Origin: Camelus ferus
Taxonomy: Eukaryota
NCBI RefSeq assembly: GCF_009834535.1
Contig: NC_045704.1
Span: 51,336,001 to 51,400,000 of the forward strand
Direction of reading: 5' to 3'
DNA length: 64,000 nt
Positions 10,780-23,354 of the stretch are shown here, in pieces. The position numbers were made by a program, and so were the translations under genes. Each line of letters begins with the position of its first letter. The stretch's first letter is position 1. Under the pieces are notes generated by a model. It made no database searches and had not been told where the DNA came from. It saw nothing but the letters and a program-made list of their open reading frames with translations.

Positions 10780-11800
10780 AAAGGGAAGGATGGTTGAGGG
10801 GAAGCGCCCGAGACTTCTGCGCAATCTAAGGAAGGTTCCAGACGGCCATGGAAGAGGCCTTAAGCCAAAGCCAGCCATCAGAGGCGTCTTGAGTTTCCCA
10901 GGAACTGGCTTGCTCCAGTGTCACTGCTGCGCTTGCTCACTGGCTGAACGCAGCCCACCGGCAGTGTGGCCTTGGCACGGATGCGGCAGGGGAACTCAGG
11001 GCAAGCAGCTGGGCCCTTGGTCAGCTCCCCTCCCCGCAGCTACATGTTTGTGAGAGGCGATCTCGTGCCCACCGCACTAGGAACTTTTCAGTGTCTAGTA
11101 AAACACGCCCAGACTGCCTTGGATTCAACGAGACGCGCAGGCACTCAAACACATGCCCTTTGGGCAAACAGTGTGTCCCCTGCCTGTCCCCTGAACTGTC
11201 CTCGGGCCACCCATCTGCGGGGCCGGCTTAGAACCAGTGAGCTCACCTGCTTGCAGGCCACGTTACCCACGCCGCGCATCTCCGAGGACCGTTCTCTCAC
11301 TCCGCCCCGCCCCGCCCCAGAACGTCCTATTATTCCGTTGTGTTCCACACTAAACCCTGTACCTCAGCGTCGATTGTCTGGCCCTCCTGTTTCTTTCTGA
11401 AGCCACCAGGCCCAGGATAATAAGCTATACACACTGTAATCCTGTGTACACAAGACGTCTCTGAGGTGAGCTCCAAGCGAAGGAGGCGGTCTAAACGTCA
11501 TTCCTCTCCCGCGGGTCCCGCCCATCCTCCCCAGCGCATTGCGCTGGTTTGTGAAGGGGGAGTCTGGGCCGCTGGACCCTGGCCAGCCAGCTGGGAGTCC
11601 TTTCGTGGGACCTGAAATAGTAATCAAGTAGGGCAGCTGGAGGTGAGGGGCTTTTGGGTCCTACCTGCGTGCTCCGTAGGTGGCCGCAGGGCACTTGAGT
11701 CAGATCCAAGAGAGGCACCTGGCTCTGAGCTGGCAGGGAGCCAGTATCAGAGGGTAAGCTTGCTGTGAATGGCGGCGTCTGGCCTCAGTCATGCTTTATT
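10780..11800 (+). promoter_or_regulatory. CpG-enriched promoter-like region with triple GC box and three alternative 5' splice sites
   Basis: CpG density well above the flanks; ccgccccgccccgcccc at 11302-11318; donors GAG|GTGAGC (11466), GAG|GTGAGG (11643), AGG|GTAAGC (11754). Confidence 0.6.
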
Positions 11801-11892
11801 GCGGTGTGTCTCTTTAAAACTAATTCCTCAGTGAAAGATGTCTGAAACCCAAGCCTCCCCAACCTCCCTCTCCATTTTATTTTCATTTGCAG

Positions 11893-12030
11893 GCAACCTG
11901 TCCTGTTGAGAGTCACGAAAGTCCTGCTTGGAAGCAAATCCGTGCTGGACGTCGAGTCCCTGAGCGATGCCAGGCACAGCTGTTAAAGTGGGGAAGCCTC
12001 TCCCGGGCCTAGAAATGACCAGAAGACAGA
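11893..12030 (+). other. Candidate exon; 3' boundary uncertain
   Basis: Strong acceptor ccattttattttcatttgcAG (11891-11892); only weak donors (AGA|GTAAAG 12031, GCA|GTAAAT 12077). Confidence 0.35.
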
Positions 12031-12161
12031 GTAAAGCTGTCCACCTCCCAGAGCATCCGAGGCTGTGCCAAGCGCAGTAAATGTAGAAGGGAGGGTTTCT
12101 CAGAAAGGTTTGGAACATACTGATGTAAAAACTGTTTTCCCAAAATATACATGGGGCAGTA

Positions 12162-12354
12162 CAATGGCTCTCAAAGCGCGGTCCCCAGACCAGGGGCATC
12201 AGCATCAGCAGGGAACTCATTAGCAATGCAAATTTGGAACCACTCACACCTGCCGAATCAGAAACTCTGGGGGTGCGACCCAGCTCTCTGTTCTATCAAG
12301 ATCTGCAGGTGTTCTGATGATCTTCTGGTCATCACTAACGTTTGAGAATCCCTG
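12162..12354 (+). mobile_element. MER5A, full length
   Basis: caatggctctcaaagcgcggtcccc...gaatcagaaactctggggg...tttgagaatccctg. Confidence 0.88.
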
Positions 12355-12432
12355 CTCCAGAGACAGAGATTGCTTTTCACCAATAACTAGAACACAAGAC
12401 AATTTTAATTCTGCAACAATCATATCATGACA

Positions 12433-13470
12433 GTGTACTTGTTCAAATATTTGCTGAACTACTACTGAGTTCTGGGCTCTGGGCTTGGCATGGAAAAGTC
12501 TAACGGGAAATGAAGAGATACGTCTCTTGTTTTCACAAGCTTATCTTCTAGCCAAGAGAGCTGATATTAATCAAACACACAAATAAATTATTTAAGGTGT
12601 TTTGAATAAAATTGACAAACCTGATCCAGTACGGAAGATGAAGAAAAGCTTCAGCAAGGAGGTGTTGCTTGTTGAGATATAAAAGAAATATATCCATTAT
12701 GCTGGTAAGCTTTGGAACGGACGTAGCCTTTCAGGTGAAGGGAACAGCGCCACATCCAGGCCCTGCATCTGGATGAAGGAATTGACAAAAGATATGGGTG
12801 GCCGAAATGCAGAGAACAAAGGGCAGAGAATGATGAGGCAGGATGCATAAAAGAGGTTTGGAACCATGTGAAAATGTGGGTCTTTGTTACAAGATCCATG
12901 GCATGCCTTGGAAAGTTTGAAGACGGGGGTGGGGCACCATGTGCAGATCAGCTTTGGGAGAGGTCATATTCTGGTTGAGGTGTGCAGAATGGACTGGGGA
13001 GGGACCAGGGTGGAGGGTACAGTGAGGAAGGCAGTGTAGTTGTCGAGGCCAGAGATGAGGTTGGGAGGCCAGGGTGGTGACAGAGGAGATTTAGAGATGT
13101 GGAAGGGATTGAGAGGCATAGGGAGGGTTGACCTTTGGAGGAGAGAGACAAAGGTGTTTAGAATGGGCGCTGTTTCTGGCTTGCACAGCTAGAAGAGTGG
13201 GGATACCATTCAATGAGGTGACATCTCTGAAAAGCATTGCATTTGAGACAAGGGGAGGTGAGAGGCGAGACACAAAGAATTAAGCTTTTAAAATGTTGAG
13301 TTTGGACTGTCCTTGAGACCTCTGGGTATAGGGCCTGGAGCAGGATCTCAGAAAAGATTTGGGTTGCGGATGTCAAAATGGAAAGTGACTCACACATCTG
13401 TCTCAGGGTGGAAACACAGAGAGTCTAGAATGAGAAGACAGTAGGTCCCAGGATCCACGCAAGAGGGACT
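12433..13470 (-). mobile_element. L2 (~1 kb)
   Basis: ttcaaatatttgctgaac 3' end, then typical L2 antisense text (ccattcaatgaggtga, gttgagtttggactgt, gaaaagatttggg). Confidence 0.75.
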
Positions 13471-13569
13471 CCAGTATGTGTAACTCATGTGTAGCAAGGA
13501 CTCATAAAGGTTTGTATAACATGAAAAAGGAAGAGGAGGAGGAGGAAAAAGAGGTAAAAATGAAGAGAA

Positions 13570-13790
13570 GAGCAGACGGCATTGGGCTAAAATTTGGGTT
13601 CTGCCATCTGAACGAGTTCCTTATTCCTTGCAAGCCTCAGTTCCTCCCTCTGTAAAATGGGGACACAGGAGTCCAAATCTCACAGGTGTATTGTGAACAT
13701 TATGTGATGTTAACATTTCGTACGTGGCCAATGTGCAAAAAACCTTAGCGATCATTGCCCTGAGCAAGGCGCTGAAAAGGCTCTTCATAT
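13570..13790 (+). mobile_element. MIR
   Basis: gcctcagttcctccctctgtaaaatgggg. Confidence 0.75.
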
Positions 13791-13979
13791 TATTTACGGA
13801 ATTATTGCAGGAGTAAATCAATCCCTTTGCTCATAGGATTATTTTGCTGAGATCCACTTTGTAGTAATAGAGTGGGGCCAGGGTCGGGGAGGGCAGAGAC
13901 TGTGTTTGAGTTTTGCATTCCATCCAGTAACCTTGGGCATTCATTCTGAGCCTCTCTCCTCTTTGAAGAAATCAAAAGG

Positions 13980-14054
13980 AAAAAAAAAAAACAAAAAAAA
14001 AAAAACTGAGGCTTGATTTCAACCTAGTTTTTTTTTGTTTGTTTTGTTTTTTTT
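13980..14054. repeat. Imperfect inverted repeat (A-tract / T-tract hairpin)
   Basis: A12 C A13 CTGAGG C TTGA tt TCAA CCTAG T9 G T3 G T4 G T8. Confidence 0.85.
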
Positions 14055-14394
14055 AAAGACAGAGTGGAATATCTTTGTTTCAGTGCTCTTCTCTAAGGCA
14101 GTATTACTCTGTCGTATGTATATTGTCCTCCTTGCTGGAAAAAAAGTCAAGGATGCTCATAAACTTATACAGATCGACAGAGACAGACTTGATACTTTTG
14201 TGAATTTGAAGGAAGATAAAGTGTTAGGGATCATAGTTGTTGTTAATAGGAAACATGACATATATAGAAAAACGAGAATGATAGAAATTTTGGGAACTGA
14301 GTCCAACTGTTCTGTGCCAACCTCATAATTTTTCTTTCTTCTTTTCCCCACATATCTGTGTATCACCTGAACTCTTTACTATTTTTAGTTAACT

Positions 14395-14469
14395 TGATTC
14401 ACTTTACAATGATTTTATGTACCTTGATTCACTTTATAATGATTCACTTTAAAATGATTTCCTCTAATG
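14395..14469. repeat. 15-bp minisatellite, 5 degenerate copies
   Basis: tgattcactttacaa / tgattttatgtacct / tgattcactttataa / tgattcactttaaaa / tgatttcctctaatg. Confidence 0.85.
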
Positions 14470-14536
14470 TAAATATATTAATAGTTTAAAGCATAAAACT
14501 ATAAAAAATCTTTTTTTAATTCTCTGTGTCCCCAAG

Positions 14537-15215
14537 AACCTTCTGGAGTGCCAGCGACAGAATGCATTCCCCACGTTGGAGACTCCGGTAGAATGATGGG
14601 GAATGCGGGGCAGAAGACAAAAGAAAGCAAACAATGGCTTCCAGACATGGTGGCTCCAGACCTCTCATCTCCAACATCTTTTTTCAACTTCCCAAGGAAT
14701 CCCCATAGGGCATGCCTTGGTTGCCTGGGAAACTCTGGTCTACATAACCTGACCACATGTCATCCTCTGACATATGGAAGAGCCCGCCAGCCACACCAAG
14801 GATCTGTCACAGACATGTCATCCTAAGTCTGAACACTTCACGTACCACAGGCTCTGAGTTTAAAAGTCAAAGTTACCCAGCAGGAAGAGAAGGTGTCACA
14901 AAAAGAAATGTGAAATGTTCTAAATTCGACAGTGGATTTAGGAACATATAACATTGTGGTCTCATATATACAGGCAAAAAAATGTAGCAAAGCCCAAATG
15001 TTTAGTTTCAAAAAAAGGAAACTTCTAGTCAGTTCTGCTCCAGTGTCTTCTCTGTGGTCCAATTAATCAAATCAGAATGAGTCCAAAACTGGTAGCCACT
15101 TGCCAAGCTTGCAAAAAAAAAAAAAAAATGCAAAAAAACAAAAACAAAAACAAAACAAAAGAAAACCCAGTCTGATTCTGATTATTAAATAAACAACTCC
15201 CAAAAAAGGAAGTGT
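14537..15215 (+). other. Candidate terminal exon with 95 open codons (stop 14824-14826) and AATAAA at 15188
   Basis: Acceptor tctttttttaattctctgtgtccccaAG (14535-14536); frame PSGVPATEC...TDMSS*; no protein similarity recognised. Confidence 0.3.
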
Positions 15216-16324
15216 TATGGAAAAAGACAAACATTTTTTTCCCCAGAAATTGCAGTGCTTTGAACCCCTCCCATGAGTTAGTGGTAAGAAAAGTCTAAAC
15301 TAGCTAGAAATTGAGGATATATCAAATCATATTTTCTTCCAAACAGAAGATATAAGAACGTCTAAATCACCTCTCAAAAAATTTTAAGTGTTACTCTTTG
15401 TCTTACATTTTAAAGAAAATAACTATGACACATTCTTGGATGATAAAGGTTTGGGTTATATATTTCTTTACAGAGTTCTGTAAATGAGTTGTCTCTTGAA
15501 CGTAAAAGCTTCAAAGCAAATACTAATGAATTCAATTTTGATCACATAATCTTTTTCATGATTCTTTTTGCTGGAAGCCAGAAGGCTGGTTTACACAACC
15601 TTAAGGCAGCCTTTGCTAGGATACAAATCAGCAGATTTAGAGCAGAGTTCCAACGCTAATGGCTACTTACTATCTCTGGGAGAAGAGCCCACTCTACTTC
15701 TCTGATCTTTAGAGACATATGTAAAGGGGCAAACTTCATATGACTGTTGAGGATGTAAATGAAATAGGAAAGTGGGAACTCTGTGGTTGAACAGGAAAAA
15801 AAAAATCTGGAAGGATAACACGCCAGGTTCTCCAACAAGCTCTCTTTTGGGAATCTGCGCATGTGTGGACATGCGTATTGGGGGTGGGGGTCATTATGTG
15901 GTAGGATGGAAGACTCCCATTTTGTGTTTTACATACTTCCAGACTAATCAGATGTGTTAAAATGAACATGCCTCATGTATAAATGTCAATGACTAAAAAG
16001 ACATTAAAGAACAAAAATAGCAAGAAGATAAAAGGTGCCCATGGAAGGAGTACTGGGTCCTTGAGTCATATTCTGAAACTCAGTAGCATTCAATGTCTGT
16101 GTCCTTCACCAGAACAGCCAGCACTCCTCCAGGTGCTGACTTGATTCTAAGATAAACTGCAGTGGAGCAATAGGAGAGGTAGGACCTCAGATACTCTGGT
16201 GCATCTGAGCTTCAAACTGCTTCGCTGAGCAGTTTGATATCCTTGCTTGAAGAATTAAAAAAGAGAAAAGAAAAAGATAATGTAAGTCACTGTTTATCAA
16301 AACTGCAGTCACAATGCTGTCACT

Positions 16325-16578
16325 TATTAATCATTGACATTTACTGGGAATTAGCTATGATCTGAGAATGGTGCTTAGCATTTTTTTTTAACATTTTTTT
16401 GCATTTTTTTTTTAATGAATGTCTCCTTCGCTGTTTGCACAACCGTTTGAAGATGGCAGTATTATCATCCCCACCAGTTTATGGGGCAAATGATACTGAA
16501 AAGTTTAGGTAACCTGATCTATGGTCACAGGGCTAGCAAGTTGTAGAGCTGGAAAGGAAATTCCAGCAATCTGGAACA
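16325..16578 (-). mobile_element. MIR with internal T-tract expansion
   Basis: gtattatcatcccc...ggtcacagggctagcaagttgtagagctgg. Confidence 0.7.
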
Positions 16579-17064
16579 TTAGATGGGATTAAACAGCAGG
16601 AGTTCAAAAGTACTAAAGCAGAGAAATTGGCAAATGGGTCCTTTCTGAACATAGCTGAATTTCTTGTGGGCTTGGCTGATTGACTCAAATAATTTTTAGT
16701 GTCGGAAAAGATAGGGCAGGTCTTTGAGCTCAACCTCTTCCTCAGAAAGAGTAAGGAATCTTTCCCACATACCCATGATAGATGACCTTTAATTCTTTGC
16801 TTAAATAGCTCCAGTAAAAGGAAATTCAAGATTTATGAGAACAGATCTTTGCCTTGTTGGATAATTCTTGACAACACTTCTTCCTTAAATTAAGCAGAAA
16901 TTAGTTCCTCCGCAAAATGGCACCAAACACCTTAGTTCTTGTACCTGGAAACCCACATAATTAAGTCTGTTTTGTCTTCCATACATTCATGCTTAAAATA
17001 TATACAGACAATGCTTGTGTCCTCAGTAAATTTGGATGAGTTCTCTGGAGGAAAGAGTAGGTTT

Positions 17065-17280
17065 AGGAGTAGGCAACTTACAGTCCTGGACTCAAATCTC
17101 AGATTGGTTCTTTGCTACTCATTAATTTTTGGACAGCTTCCTTAAATTCTGAATCTCAGTCTCCTTATGTATAAGCTGATGAACACAATGCCCATGTCAC
17201 AAAGCTTTTGGGAAATAAAATGTAAAGTATCAAGCACAGCAGAGCACTGGGAACAGAATAACAACCTAGCGTTACTGGCT
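17065..17280 (+). mobile_element. MIR
   Basis: cctggactcaaatctc...tctgaatctcagtctccttatgtataa. Confidence 0.65.
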
Positions 17281-17714
17281 TTCTTTCCTCTATCATTGTT
17301 TTGTTGACCTTTCTCTGATTTCTGCCTATTTTTTATTTTTAAGAACCTTTTGAAATGTGAAGCTCCCATCTACATCCAGTACTCCAGGTGTACCCTGATG
17401 CAAAACAAGGTAGAGCCAAAGAGGTAGACCTCATGACATAAACACCCTGATTTTTAAAAATTTAAATATCCTCATGATTCCAAAGAACCTTATTTGCCTT
17501 GGAAATGGATGAAAAAAAAATCAGACCTCTTTTCCCTGGTTTCTAACCAAGTCTCATGTCTCCCATGGTAAACTTATTGATTTTACTTCTAGCCCAAAAA
17601 GCAAGATTTCCTTTTCTCCCTATTTGTACTCCATTTTCAAAAACTGTCCCCGCCTGTTGATTTCATTATGTCTTGGTTCTGTTGTCTGTGCTATTAGCAA
17701 TCCCTCCCCACTTT

Positions 17715-17775
17715 GTGGCAGCTGAAAATGTGATAAGTACAATTTCAATCCAAATAACTGATAAAAAATGGCGAA
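17715..17775. promoter_or_regulatory. E-box/GATA/GATA/YY1 motif cluster, candidate enhancer
   Basis: CAGCTG 17719-17724, TGATAA 17731-17736 and 17759-17764, AAAATGGCG 17765-17773, in unique DNA. Confidence 0.4.
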
Positions 17776-20394
17776 CAGGACAGAGCCAGAGAGTTAGCCC
17801 CATGTCACTCCGCCACAGACCTCCCACCAAGTTGACAAGAAGTCGTTAATCAGCCTCCTCGGTCTTCTGTGATTGTGTTCAGCAGTCCTGCCATCTCGTT
17901 CCCATGTCAGAATTCTGCACACACAACCATCAGGGAAACTTTATCACATACTTCTCTGACACCAGGAAGCGTCTGTCCCCTGGTCTGCCAGCCTAGTAGG
18001 AAAACCATCGATATACAAATGTAGAGTTATTTTGGCACAAAAACACAAACTGCCTTTGTATCAATACACATTTGTATGCTTATCAATGTAATAAAAGACA
18101 CTAGGCTCTTTAAAGATGACTACTTCTCTTTAAAAAGATAAAGTCCCTTCTTTGGTTTCTAGAAGTGACTTAAGTAGTCTCCCTTTTAGAACATTTGGTT
18201 GTTTCTAATCTAATGGCATCTTTCCTAGCCTCCAACAAAATCCAAAAGTTAGAGAAAATTACGCTAATGGATATTCACAAGCCTGAAGGACGATGCCTGC
18301 TTTTATGCATGTGATCACCATCTTCTTTCCTATCTAGGAAATTTTCCACTTTTCAAAAATGTATTTGATCTTCTCTTTGCTGTTACAAGACAGCTTCCTG
18401 GAATTTCATTTCAGACCAACTTATTTTACCTATTTGTAATCACTGATATACTTTTTTACATTTGAATTTTTAAACTAGAATCAAAACAGACCCTAGCTTG
18501 TGCTGTTATACCCTCCAATGGTAGCGTTTAAGCAGAGTTTGCTATAACCACTGCCTAGACTGTCATGCAGATCTTAAAACACTGTAAGTCTAACAACTGT
18601 GTAATCTTTAAATTTTTATACAAATATGAAAAATTCTTGTCTATACTAGTAAAGAATTGCCTTTTATCTATTTGAATTATTCCCTTAATATTAATCCCCC
18701 TGAGACAGAGAATTGGGTCTAAAGAAATGAGTACTTTCATTCCTCTTAATGTATATTACTACTCATGTTTAAAATAATTTAGAAGGCTATCACTCAAGCA
18801 CAAATATATGTTGTTGAAAACTACACTTGTGTTATAGGTACTGTTCATTTTCCAAGTACTCTGTTCTAACAGAGACCCTACCTTTCTACATGTCTCATCA
18901 AGCCTTACATTTGTGGCTTGTAGATGGTTAGACTGTACAACACATCGTGACATTTGTTGTATCAATTTCCCCAGTGGTAAATTCAAAAGAAACCTGTTTT
19001 ACTTAGCTGAGTTCCTCTCCTTTTGAAATAGGGCAATTAGATTTTCTGATGTGGCAACCTTACATCATTTCTTCTATAGTATCCACCTAGTACATTTACC
19101 AGGGAGTTGGCTTATTACAGCTACACCTAAACCCACAATGGCAGTTCCAAATTTTGTAAAAGCAGACTCTGAAACAGCTTGCAAAATTCACTGAATTTGT
19201 CTGCCATAAAAAAAAATTACTTGAGAATGCATTTATTCCAAACATGGTAGATGCTGTGGTAAACACCAAGATGAGTAAGGCATGGCCCTTATATTCAGAG
19301 ACGTGTAACTGAGAAAGAGGAATAAAGAGGGGGGGAGAAACCCACAGAAAAAGGAGACAGAATATGGAAAATACCCTGAGTGTATAAAATGTATGTGCAA
19401 AGGTTGGAGAAATGGATTCGGTATTTAAAACACCCTGTTTGGTGCAAGAAGAGGGTGGTGGAGTTCATGGCGATTAAGACTTAGCAAAGCCCACAGAGAC
19501 ATTTTCTCTGCTGCTCCAGTTAGAAAAGAGTGACAAATAAAGCTGATTCCTAGGAAATCAGAAATAGACTCTCTCCCTAGAGAAGGATCTTCTCCTACTC
19601 TGTTTTTAATAGCTGAGATGGTGCTGGGAAATGAACCGATTTGGGAGTGGTGCTGTGGGAGAAGGTGACGCGTTGGGTCAGATTTGTTTTGGGTGGTGAT
19701 TTCCCAAAGAGGAGAGTTTGGTCTGAGGTCCAGAAAGATGCTGAGAACTGGGCTGGGTTTCTCGCCATCCTGCAAGAGTGGAATGTGACTTGGACACTGA
19801 GCCCCCACTGTGTTCTGCCCCATCCAGCTCCAGGGACAATAAGAGTCAATTTGTCATTTCGATATTCATCAGGCGAGTTCACCAAAGACCATGCGTTTAT
19901 ATCGTCTTATTCCTCCTTGGCCACCCAGAAATCCCATTTGGCCAGTCCTCAGTCTGGAGCCTGGAATATATGCATGGCTTTCCTTTTCAGGATAGCTGAT
20001 CAGGGTCCCCATCACCTTCCCCAGCAAGGAATGTTGTTTATTGATTTTAAGGAATTCTGGGAACCTACATTCCAGGGCAGCTTATCAAAATACTGGTCAA
20101 GTTAATATGTCATTTGATTACCCCCTCATGGCTGCCAGAGATTCCATAAATTTGATATATAAATAAATCACATCCTTTTTTACCCTTTACCTTTTCTCCC
20201 ACTAGTGACAAACTACTGAGTTGTTCAAACTTGACTGACTAATCTTGAAATGCATAATACCATGTGTTTCAAAAGGAAGTTGGGAGACGTGGGTGAAAAT
20301 CTTGGCTCTCCTACTGTGAGCAAGTGGTCTGGATTCAACAGTGTGGTCTCCTGTGAAATGAGATTGAATTTTCTCTTATATCTTTCCAAAACAG

Positions 20395-20725
20395 GTCCTC
20401 GCTAATCATTCAGGTGTGAGTCGAAATAGCAACTCCTCAGAGAGGACTTCCCTGATCACTCAATTTAAGTAGCCCCTCTCTCCCCCAGTCACTCTCTATC
20501 CTACTAGAGCCTGGCATTTATTTTTTAAAGTTTCATATTTGCCTTAATTTTTTTAAATCATAGAGCTTGCTATTGTCAAATGTTATCCAAATTATTTATT
20601 TATTTTCTAACTCCTTTAACAAGAAAGTAAACTGCAGGGGGGCAGGAGACTTTTCCGCCTTATTTTTAATCTAGTCTGGCACGTTATCTGCCGTAGGCTA
20701 AGCAGTCAATAAATATTTCTGGAAA
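20395..20725 (+). mobile_element. L2 3' end
   Basis: ctcctcagagaggacttccctgatcact...gcagtcaataaatatttctgg. Confidence 0.75.
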
Positions 20726-20773
20726 GCAAAATCCAGCTAATTGGATTTGGCAAAGGATTCTTAGAAATGACCC

Positions 20774-21107
20774 TGCTATGGGATGAACTGCGTTGCCCCC
20801 ACCCAAGAATTCACAGGTTGATGCTCTAACCTCTGGTACCTCCAAATGTGACTATACTTAGAAGTAGGATCTGTTGAAGAGGTAATGAAGCCTATATGAG
20901 CTTGTATAGATGGGCCCTCATTCAATATGACAAGAAGAGGAAATTTAGACACACGAAGAGACACCAGGGATGTGTGTATGCAGAAGAAAACACATGTGAA
21001 GAGGCAGCAAGAGGAACGCCATCTGCAAGCCAAAGAGAGAGACCTCAGAGGCAACCAAAGGTGTTTTTTGTTATGGCAAAATCGAAAGCAGCCCTAGCAA
21101 ACCAATC
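20774..21107 (+). mobile_element. MaLR solo LTR, MLT1B-like, with internal deletion
   Basis: tgctatgggatgaactg...gccatctgcaagccaaagagagag...gcagccctagcaaaccaatca. Confidence 0.85.
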
Positions 21108-21139
21108 AGGCTCTGAAAGCGCATGCGGCACCGCCCACA

Positions 21140-22218
21140 GATAGACGAATGGGACTCCATCAAAATTAGAACCCTCTGTGCACCCAAGGACATGCTTAAG
21201 AAAGTGAGAAGACAGTCTACAAAATGGGGGAGGGGGGAAATTAACAAATCATATCTCTAATAAAGGTTTAATATCCAAAATACACAATATATTAAATATA
21301 TCATATATTATAGTATGTATTAGACATCTAAATATATAAAGAGCTCCTGAAAATCAACAACAAGAAGACTAACAACCCAATTAAAAAATGGGCAAAATAC
21401 TCGAACAGACATTTCTCAAAAGGAGATATACCAATGGCCAATAAGCACACGGAAAGATGCGCTCCATAGTCGTTAGGGAAATGCACATCAAAAACAAAGG
21501 TGTTACTTCCTGTCTACTCGAATGGCTATAATCAAAAAATGGAAACTCACAAGTGTTGCCGAGGGTGTAGAGAAACCAGAACCTGTGTACATCACTGATG
21601 GGAATGTAAAGTACTGAGGCAGCTGTGGGAGACAGTCATAGCTCCTCAAAAAGCTAAACACAGAATTAAGATCCAGTGATTTCAGAACGAATTGAAAAGA
21701 CAACTCAAAAGAATTGAAAACGGACTTGAACAGGTTCTTGTACGCCAGTGTTCATGGCAACATTATTCCCAATAATCAGAAAGTGAAGACAACCCGTGTC
21801 CCTCAACAGACTGACGGAAAAACAAGTNNNNNNNNNNNNNNNNNNNNNNNNNNNNNNNNNNNNNNNNNNNNNNNNNNNNNNNNNNNNNNNNNNNNNNNNN
21901 NNNNNNNNNNNNNNNNNNNNNNNNNNNNNNNNNNNNNNNNNNNNNNNNNNNNNNNNNNNNNNNNNNNNNNNNNNNNNNNNNNNNNNNNNNNNNNNNNNNN
22001 NNNNNNNNNNNNNNNNNNNNNNNNNNNNNNGGGGATAGGGAAAATAAAAATGAGGTGTTATTGCTTAATGGTTACAGACTTTCTATTTGGGGTGACGAAA
22101 ATGTTTCAGAAATAATGGTCATGGTAGCACAACATTGTGAATGTACTCAATGCCACTGAACTGTACGCTTAAGAAGACTTAAAAGGGCAATATTTGTTAC
22201 AATATTTCATCACAAAAA
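21140..22218 (+). mobile_element. L1MB-type LINE, ORF2 C-terminus plus 3' UTR, spanning an N-gap
   Basis: aacccaattaaaaaatgggcaaa...gaacagacatttctc; 3' UTR ttggggtgacgaaaatgtttcag...gccactgaactgtac. Confidence 0.9.
21828..22030. other. N-gap (203 nt) inside L1
   Basis: Run of n; length is about that of the missing L1 segment. Confidence 0.98.
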
Positions 22219-23354
22219 GGAAAACTATTAAGTGAATAAATGATTTACAGCACCAGTCTTATCTTCTCCCAGGTTAGACTTCTATTATCAGATGGTTAAG
22301 ATAACTGATACTAGATTTAAGAAGCTTGTCTTCCATTTGAATTTTATTTCTATGATGAGTTTGGCCGGATACTAATATGGTTTTTGTTAAGTTGGGAACT
22401 TTTGACTCTGCGTATACTTTTCCTTGGAAGCAAGCTTAAAAAAGCATGTCTTCTCTATAGCTGCAGACAAGGTTAAGCTCCCTGTGAATACAGCTTGTAT
22501 TTTTTTTTTTTCTCTGATGCTCATCCACACCTGTATCCCTAATATGGTGTGTGGCACATAGTAGGTGCTCAAGAAAAACTTATTAAATGGCAGAAATAGT
22601 AAATGTAGCCAGAATAGCCTAACTCTTCTAGGGCATTATGACAAATTATAGCAACTTAACTTCATATGTAACATCAAACTCCCACATTAAACTATCAAAT
22701 TAAAGTAAGTTTTCTTTTTCCATCTTAAGTAGGAATTCCCCAGCAAAGATAGTTTTTTTTTTTTTTTTAAGGTCCAAATCTTTTCAAAATGGCATTTCTC
22801 TGAGTTACTACAGGTAGAAAAATGCCCCATATAATTTATTTAAAGTTTCATCAAGGACCCCTAGTAAACTCTTTTCTTCCAAATAGATTGTGTGTGTAAG
22901 GAGGATATAAATATCTTTGAAACATAACATTTCTGTACTGAAAATGCCCCATTTGGAGCTTCCACAGAACCAAAGCACACGTAACAGAGGATGGAAGGGC
23001 TATTGGAGGGAAGGCGGACTCAACCTGGAGGCAAATAGGGTTTCCAATAGATTTCAGGAAACACAACCTGACGCTGCAGACGGAGCCCCTTCCTCATGAC
23101 TTACTCTGATTCACTGTAGGCACTGTGACCTCCTTGAGCTTCAGTCGTTACTGCAAAATTGGAATCACTAGATCTATGTAATTTGATCATGGTAACAGTT
23201 AAATGAGACGATGAGTTGACGAGCTCCCGAATTCAGGTGGTGTACTGAGCAATCCTTCCCACCACCAGTCACCACCATGTCCTCCCTCATAAAGTAAATG
23301 GAAAACCTGTGTGACACACAGAGGACCACAGACCCCTGTAACTAGGACCCTCAC

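Noticed and set aside
15670-15745. Minus-strand exon with ATA|GTAAGT donor
   Set aside because: Lies in degraded MIR-like sequence with a weak donor context; probably a chance site
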